Source: an uncultured bacterium (GTDB taxonomy: Bacteria; Hydrothermota; 32-111; QNBC01). From it: DNA of 29,558 nt. This document shows positions 24,608 through 29,558 of the stretch, piece after piece (position 1 is the first letter of the stretch; each line of letters starts with the position of its first letter). The stretch is from positions 1-29,558 of the forward strand of contig CBDVEF010000001.1 in assembly GCA_965372935.1 (NCBI GenBank). Reading direction: 5' to 3'. The translations under genes and the position numbers were made by a program. Under the pieces are notes generated by a model. It worked only from the letters and a program-made list of their open reading frames with translations, had not been told where the DNA came from and searched no databases.

Positions 24608-25878
24608 AGATTTTAGTTATTGGAAGTGGTGGAAGAGAATATTCATTAGTATGGAAAATTCTAAAAGATAATAGTAGTGAGAATGAAATTTATGTAGCTC
24701 CCGGAACCGGTGGGATATGTAATATTGCAAAATGTATTGACATTAAATCAGATGATATTGATGATTTACTTGCCTGGGCTAAATACAATTTAATTGATTT
24801 TACAATAGTTGGATCAGAGGTACCCCTTGCCCTTGGTATTGTTGATAAATTTATTAAAGATGGAATGAAGATATTCGGACCCAATAAACAAGCTACACAA
24901 TTGGAATCAAGCAAGATATTTTCAAAGGATTTTATGAATAAATACAATATACCCACAGCGGATTATATAAAATTCAATAGTTTTGAAACAGCAAGTGAGT
25001 ATATTGCACATATTTCTCCACCTTATGTTATAAAAGCCGATGGTTTATCATCGGGGAAAGGTTGTTTTGTCATTCATAATTCTGAAGAAGCATTTAAAAT
25101 TACAAGAAATCTACTTTTAAAAAAAACACTGGGAAAAGCAGGTTCTCGAATAGTTATTGAATCCTTCCTCAAAGGAGAGGAGGCATCTCTTTTAATTCTT
25201 CTTGATGGAAAAAACTATAAAACTTTTTTACCTTCTCAAGACCATAAACAGGTATTTGACGGAGACAATGGACCTAATACAGGCGGTATGGGCGCTTATG
25301 TCCCATATAGAGGCATTAATAATGCTCTATTGGAAAATATAAAAACCAATATTATAGAACCAACCATTCAAGGATTTATTAAAGAAAACATTGATTATCG
25401 TGGAATACTTTATATAGGTTTAATGTTAACAAACCGTGGTCCTTATGTTATGGAATATAACGCCAGATTTGGGGATCCTGAAACCCAGGCATTAATGCCT
25501 ATATTAAAATCTAACTTATTAAACCTTCTTATAAAAACCAGTGAAGGTAATTTACAGAATGAAACAATTGAATTCTCAAATAGAAGTGTATGTTGTGTCG
25601 TATTTGCCAGTGAGGGGTATCCAAAAACATACAAAAAGGAGATTTCAATCAAAGGATTTCCATTCAACAATGATGAAAACCATCTTCTGTTTCACGCAGG
25701 AACAATAAAGAAAGATGGCAAATTCTATACTAATGGAGGTAGGGTTTTAAATGCAATAGGTGTTGGGGATTCACTAAGAGATGCCATTGAAAATGCTTAT
25801 GAAATAACTGAATATATGTTTTTTAAAAACATGCATTATAGAACTGATATTGGAAATAAGGGGTTAAAATATGAATAA
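24604..25878 (+). CDS. purD: Phosphoribosylamine--glycine ligase
   Basis: MKILVIGSGGRE, LESSKIFSKDFM, KADGL..GKG, QDHK, GPNTGGMGAY, EYNARFGDPETQ, HAGT, TNGGRVL, YRTDIG. Confidence 0.96.
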   Translation: MKILVIGSGGREYSLVWKILKDNSSENEIYVAPGTGGICNIAKCIDIKSDDIDDLLAWAKYNLIDFTIVGSEVPLALGIVDKFIKDGMKIFGPNKQATQLESSKIFSKDFMNKYNIPTADYIKFNSFETASEYIAHISPPYVIKADGLSSGKGCFVIHNSEEAFKITRNLLLKKTLGKAGSRIVIESFLKGEEASLLILLDGKNYKTFLPSQDHKQVFDGDNGPNTGGMGAYVPYRGINNALLENIKTNIIEPTIQGFIKENIDYRGILYIGLMLTNRGPYVMEYNARFGDPETQALMPILKSNLLNLLIKTSEGNLQNETIEFSNRSVCCVVFASEGYPKTYKKEISIKGFPFNNDENHLLFHAGTIKKDGKFYTNGGRVLNAIGVGDSLRDAIENAYEITEYMFFKNMHYRTDIGNKGLKYE

Positions 25879-26335
25879 AAATATACTAATTATATTGGGT
25901 AGTAAAAGTGATTTCCCGGTAATTGAAGATGCTATAGCATTTATGAATTCAAAAAACATTCCTTATCAGATGGAAATCGCTTCGGCTCATAGAACACCCA
26001 ATAAACTTGAAAAAATTATTTTAAACACTAAAAAAAGTAACATTAAGATAATTATTGCAGTTGCAGGCTTTGCAGCTCACCTTCCAGGTGTAATAGCAAG
26101 TAAAACTTTAATTCCCGTGATAGGTGTTCCTGTAGCCAGTTCTCCTTTAGGCGGAATTGATGCTCTTTTAAGTATCGTTCAAATGCCCCCTGGGATTCCG
26201 GTAGCTACAATGGGGGTGGGAAAAAGTGGAGCAAAAAATGCTGTATTGTACTCACTACAGATTTTGTCACTTAATAATAAAGATTATAAATCCATTTTAG
26301 ACGAATACAGAAAAAGTTTTGGTGATATTGATTGA
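25871..26335 (+). CDS. purE: N5-CAIR mutase (class I PurE)
   Basis: GSKSD, SAHRTP, AGFAAHLPG, PVIGVP, GIDALLSIVQMPPGIPVAT, GAKNA. Confidence 0.95.
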   Translation: MNKNILIILGSKSDFPVIEDAIAFMNSKNIPYQMEIASAHRTPNKLEKIILNTKKSNIKIIIAVAGFAAHLPGVIASKTLIPVIGVPVASSPLGGIDALLSIVQMPPGIPVATMGVGKSGAKNAVLYSLQILSLNNKDYKSILDEYRKSFGDID

Positions 26336-27393
26336 AACTTTATGAATCATTTAAAATTAGAAAAATAATAAAGTTATTAAAATCGGGAAATCTCATCGTT
26401 ATTCCAACTGAAACGGTTTATGGCATTATCGGAAATGCTTTTGATCGAGATGTGTATACTCATTTAAACAAAATTAAGATAAGACCTGAAAAGAAACCAT
26501 ATACACTATTTATAAAAGATCTTAATACAGCAAGGCAATATGCCTATTTTAATGACAAATATGAAAATCTATTAAAGGAAATGCTCCCTGGTCCATTGAC
26601 ATTTATATTAGAAGGGAGAGGACTTCCCGAATATCTTTATGCAAAAGACAGGAGTATTGCTTTTCGTATACCTGAGCATTATATTATTCAAACAATTATG
26701 CAAAACATCGATTTTCCTCTATTGTCAACAAGTGCTAATATATCGACAGAAAATACACCTGAAGATTTAAACAGTATAAAGAAACAATTTAAAGGTAATA
26801 TAGCCTCTTATATGAAAGGAACTATAAAGAATAATGTACCATCAACAGTTATAGATATACGAGACAAATTGGTTATAGAGAGAAGGGGACCATACAAGGT
26901 ATCCGATTTCCTAAAGCATTACAAACCTATCTATCTAAAAGATAGGTTACACATACTATTCGTATGTTATGCAAATATCGTAAGAAGTCCGATTGCCGAG
27001 GCATATTTCAAATTGAATACCGATTATGAAATAAGATCATCAGGTGTTCATGCAAGCAATATTGATGCACCCCCGGAAGAAGCTCAATCTGTGGCTATTG
27101 AAAATAGCATTGATGTATCAAATCACAAATCCAATAAATTAACTGATAAAGATCTCACCTGGGCAGATATTGTAATCACAATGGATAATATGTTAAAAGC
27201 AGATATATCTGATATATTTAATTATAATTCTCAAATCTGGTTAACCAGTTCCTTCTCAAAGAAATTAAATGGTGAACTAATCCCCGATCCATTCGGATAT
27301 AAAAAGAAAGCATATCATAAAATGATGAAAGAACTCTTATATCATTTAAATGAATTAAAGGTGTATTTAAGTAAAAATATCGTACAGGTTTAA
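26332..27393 (+). CDS. tsaC: Fusion of TsaC/YrdC threonylcarbamoyl-AMP synthase and a low-molecular-weight protein phosphatase
   Basis: N-domain PTETVYG, KIRPEKKP, PGPLTFIL, AFRIP, STSANIS; C-domain LFVCYANIVRSPIAE (CX5R), SSG, ADIVITMD, IPDPFG; no stop between them; TTG start overlaps the purE TGA. Confidence 0.88.
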   Translation: MKLYESFKIRKIIKLLKSGNLIVIPTETVYGIIGNAFDRDVYTHLNKIKIRPEKKPYTLFIKDLNTARQYAYFNDKYENLLKEMLPGPLTFILEGRGLPEYLYAKDRSIAFRIPEHYIIQTIMQNIDFPLLSTSANISTENTPEDLNSIKKQFKGNIASYMKGTIKNNVPSTVIDIRDKLVIERRGPYKVSDFLKHYKPIYLKDRLHILFVCYANIVRSPIAEAYFKLNTDYEIRSSGVHASNIDAPPEEAQSVAIENSIDVSNHKSNKLTDKDLTWADIVITMDNMLKADISDIFNYNSQIWLTSSFSKKLNGELIPDPFGYKKKAYHKMMKELLYHLNELKVYLSKNIVQV

Positions 27394-27399
27394 TATAAA

Positions 27400-28206
27400 T
27401 TACAAATATTTCTCATAGAGGAATACATTTGTTTTTGTCTTTTCCCATAATTCAAATCCATACATTAGCGATTTATCAAGAATTCCGGCGGAATATGGAA
27501 GAATAATTGCCAAACCTTTGTATCCATTGTCAAATGCAAATGCTTCAGCTATATTAAACATTACAGTAAGATCATCTCTCTTTCTAAAATTAATCTTAAA
27601 TATATTTAAGACGCTAACCTTTCTTCTGGAAGTATCACCTGACAAGCAAATCACATTATCATTATGGGCTAAACAATGTATATTTTTTCTGATATATTTA
27701 TTGTTATCCCTATTGTTTTCATAAAACATCCATTCTATTGGGATAAAATCAACATCGTTAATATCATATTTCACTAAATTGTATTTTATATTAACCTTTT
27801 TAACATTCTTTTCTACAAGAAGACAACCCTTGATTTTCTTAAACCCTGACTTCTCAATAATATGAATACTCTCATAATTATGGAAATATGTAGATAATCT
27901 TATAATCCTTCCCCTTTTCTTTGCTTCATTGATTAGGTGTTTATTAATCATATCTCCATATCCTCTTCCCCTTGCATTGACATCTACCCTGAGTCCTTCA
28001 AACCATAATGTATTGTCTGGCATTATTGTCATATTGGCTAAACCCTGCACTATGTCATTATCTACAATGCACACAAATATCTTATCTTCCCTCTTGATCC
28101 ATTTATCAAATACATCGGGAATATAATCAACCCCCTCCCAAATTTTTGATGAAATTTGAAAAATCCTTTCCTTATCAGATCGTTTTATCTTTCTTATCTT
28201 TATCAT
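27400..28206 (-). CDS. GNAT-family N-acetyltransferase
   Basis: WEGVDYIPDVFDKW and WFEGLRVDVNARGRGYG (acetyl-CoA R/QxxGxG motif). Start is ATG 28206 or TTG 28212. Confidence 0.85.
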   Translation of the reverse strand: MIKIRKIKRSDKERIFQISSKIWEGVDYIPDVFDKWIKREDKIFVCIVDNDIVQGLANMTIMPDNTLWFEGLRVDVNARGRGYGDMINKHLINEAKKRGRIIRLSTYFHNYESIHIIEKSGFKKIKGCLLVEKNVKKVNIKYNLVKYDINDVDFIPIEWMFYENNRDNNKYIRKNIHCLAHNDNVICLSGDTSRRKVSVLNIFKINFRKRDDLTVMFNIAEAFAFDNGYKGLAIILPYSAGILDKSLMYGFELWEKTKTNVFLYEKYL

Positions 28207-28216
28207 TTTCAATAGC

Positions 28217-28243
28217 AGGGGAGCTATAATAGCTCCCCTTTTT
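28217..28243 (+). terminator. Intrinsic-terminator-like hairpin with its U-tract on the plus strand
   Basis: AGGGGAGCTA-TAA-TAGCTCCCCT 10-bp stem followed by TTTTATGTTTT on plus; the minus strand has no U-tract after the stem. Confidence 0.7.
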
Positions 28244-28253
28244 ATGTTTTACT

Positions 28254-29093
28254 CTATTCTGTTGTTACGATATAATGAATCCCCCATAAATTTGCATCAT
28301 ATGGAAGTGAATCATCGGATAATGTTCCGTTTGACAATACATCAAAACCAATTCTATATACACCTAAGTTATGCGGAGTTTTCCATGTGCCATTATATGC
28401 ATTATGGTTTACTGAATCCTGATGAAATTTCCATCTAAAAAAATATGAGTGAAGAAATGCATTGGCATCATTTTTATTTGTATAAATCGTTATCTGTGCG
28501 TAATCATCTGGTCTTACCTTTATAACATCCTCTCTCTTCACGAGTGTAGCTATATCGGTAATAACAGTATCAATCCCACTATTGTTCAGGTGCAATTTTA
28601 TACTGTCTATTTGGATCTCATTGGTAACTGTTGTTATTTCAGTCCCACTTATTGCATATATTCTCCATCCCCTGTGATATGTCGACACGGTATCTTTCTT
28701 GAATATTGCAGTTCTTGTCCAGATATCTGTAAAATTCTTATCAACAATTACCGTATCACTATCTTGTCGTGCAACAATATGGATGATCCCCGGTATACTG
28801 CCAGAAAGTGAGACATAGGCAGAATCTCCAAGTATATCAATACTTATTGTCCTATTTATTGCCTGTGTTGTGTCTCTTTTTCTGAACCAAATGTAAACTT
28901 CTTCAAATGCATTCAGAAGTGCCGGTGGAACGCCCTCTTCACCATAGTGGCCATCTGGTTTAAACCATGCAGTCTCAGTATCAATTAAATCCTCTATTGC
29001 ATTCTTATCTGAATTAATAGGATTTAATCCGCAACCGATAAAAAACCCGCCAACCAATAAAATTGTAAAGCATATTAGAATGAATCTTTTCAT
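28254..29093 (-). CDS. Hypothetical lipoprotein
   Basis: MKRFILICFTILLVGGFFIGC lipobox; SD AGGAGG; beta-rich mature part with no recognised family. Confidence 0.8.
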   Translation of the reverse strand: MKRFILICFTILLVGGFFIGCGLNPINSDKNAIEDLIDTETAWFKPDGHYGEEGVPPALLNAFEEVYIWFRKRDTTQAINRTISIDILGDSAYVSLSGSIPGIIHIVARQDSDTVIVDKNFTDIWTRTAIFKKDTVSTYHRGWRIYAISGTEITTVTNEIQIDSIKLHLNNSGIDTVITDIATLVKREDVIKVRPDDYAQITIYTNKNDANAFLHSYFFRWKFHQDSVNHNAYNGTWKTPHNLGVYRIGFDVLSNGTLSDDSLPYDANLWGIHYIVTTE

Positions 29094-29113
29094 ATTAAAA
29101 CCTCCTGTTTATT

Positions 29114-29142
29114 ACATTAACACATATTTAAATATCGTTCAA
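29114..29142 (-). promoter_or_regulatory. Possible promoter TTGAAC-N17-TAATGT (extended -10 TG) for the lipoprotein
   Basis: Read on the minus strand; would give a very short leader containing AGGAGG. Confidence 0.4.
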
Positions 29143-29198
29143 TATCTTATTTTCTTGACAAATACCCATTTTTCTTGTAACTATTAATTACATTAATT

Positions 29199-29283
29199 GG
29201 AGAGATGTCCGAGTTGGTCGAAGGAGCACGATTGGAAATCGTGTAGCCGATGAGGCTCGCGGGTTCGAACCCCGCTCTCTCCG
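29199..29283 (+). tRNA. tRNA-Ser (anticodon GGA)
   Basis: Acceptor GGAGAGA/TCTCTCC, anticodon arm CACGA-TTGGAAA-TCGTG, long variable arm AGCC-GATGA-GGCT, T arm GCGGG-TTCGAAC-CCCGC, discriminator G; CCA not encoded; TTGACA at 29155-29160 upstream. Confidence 0.97.
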
Positions 29284-29370
29284 CTTGTATACAATAACAA
29301 GTCGTTGAAATGTCTAAATAATTTTACTCGATTATTTTCAAATATCGAAATAAATCCTTAATCACCACCA

Positions 29371-29558
29371 CTATTTTCCAGGAAATCTACGAGCTTTTCT
29401 CTCTTCCAATACCCTCTTAACCTCTTCACGAAATTTATATTCATATACTATAAATTTTGCCATCTGTTCATCAGATAAGATATTAGAAATATCTCTAAGA
29501 AAGATATCCTTTCGATTAATTGTTTCTTTCTCATACTCTGTTACTTGATTAATTTGAC
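29371..29558 (-). CDS. 3' end of a truncated gene, Spy/CpxP-like helical periplasmic protein
   Basis: Open frame QINQVTEYEKETINRKDIFLRDISNILSDEQMAKFIVYEYKFREEVKRVLEERKARRFPGK*; the IL(S/T)xEQxAKF motif is typical of Spy/CpxP-like proteins. Confidence 0.6.
   Translation of the reverse strand, partial: QINQVTEYEKETINRKDIFLRDISNILSDEQMAKFIVYEYKFREEVKRVLEERKARRFPGK

Noticed and set aside
25871-26335. Class I purE without adjacent purK
   Set aside because: pur genes are often scattered and purK may be elsewhere; cannot be judged from one window.
29199-29370. tRNA-Ser as an integration site; missing CCA end
   Set aside because: No integrase or duplicated tRNA 3' end in the window; non-encoded CCA is common in bacteria.

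Overview
AT-rich (roughly 30% GC by eye) bacterial chromosomal segment from a diderm with canonical sigma70-type promoters and Shine-Dalgarno sites. The PorV/FadL-like barrels and lipoproteins suggest an FCB-related candidate lineage such as WOR-3/TA06 (inference only). It holds about 28 genes in six apparent transcription units: (1) 3' end of an M23-like gene plus leuS; (2) DUF89 phosphatase-deoB-DUF2062-7TM histidine kinase (minus strand, probably leaderless); (3) GT4/(alpha/alpha)6 fusion-GH130-membrane protein-OM barrel, then OPX(wza-like)-wzc-lgt-deoC-PorV-like barrel-lipoprotein; (4) beta-CASP nuclease-xerD-871-aa pure coiled-coil protein (minus); (5) sORF-DUF2007-purD-purE-TsaC/LMW-phosphatase fusion; (6) lipoprotein-GNAT (minus). 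These are followed by tRNA-Ser(GGA) and a truncated Spy/CpxP-like gene. There is no CRISPR array, prophage or transposase; a small GTAG-type REP cluster sits between divergent promoters. The best candidates for an undescribed system are the xerD-coupled ATPase-less coiled-coil protein with an SSB-like acidic tail, and the GT4/GH130 + barrel + OPX/Wzc glycan module lacking local Wzx/Wzy, whose kinase may be served by a phosphatase fused to TsaC. All family calls come from motif recognition by eye; no database search was run.
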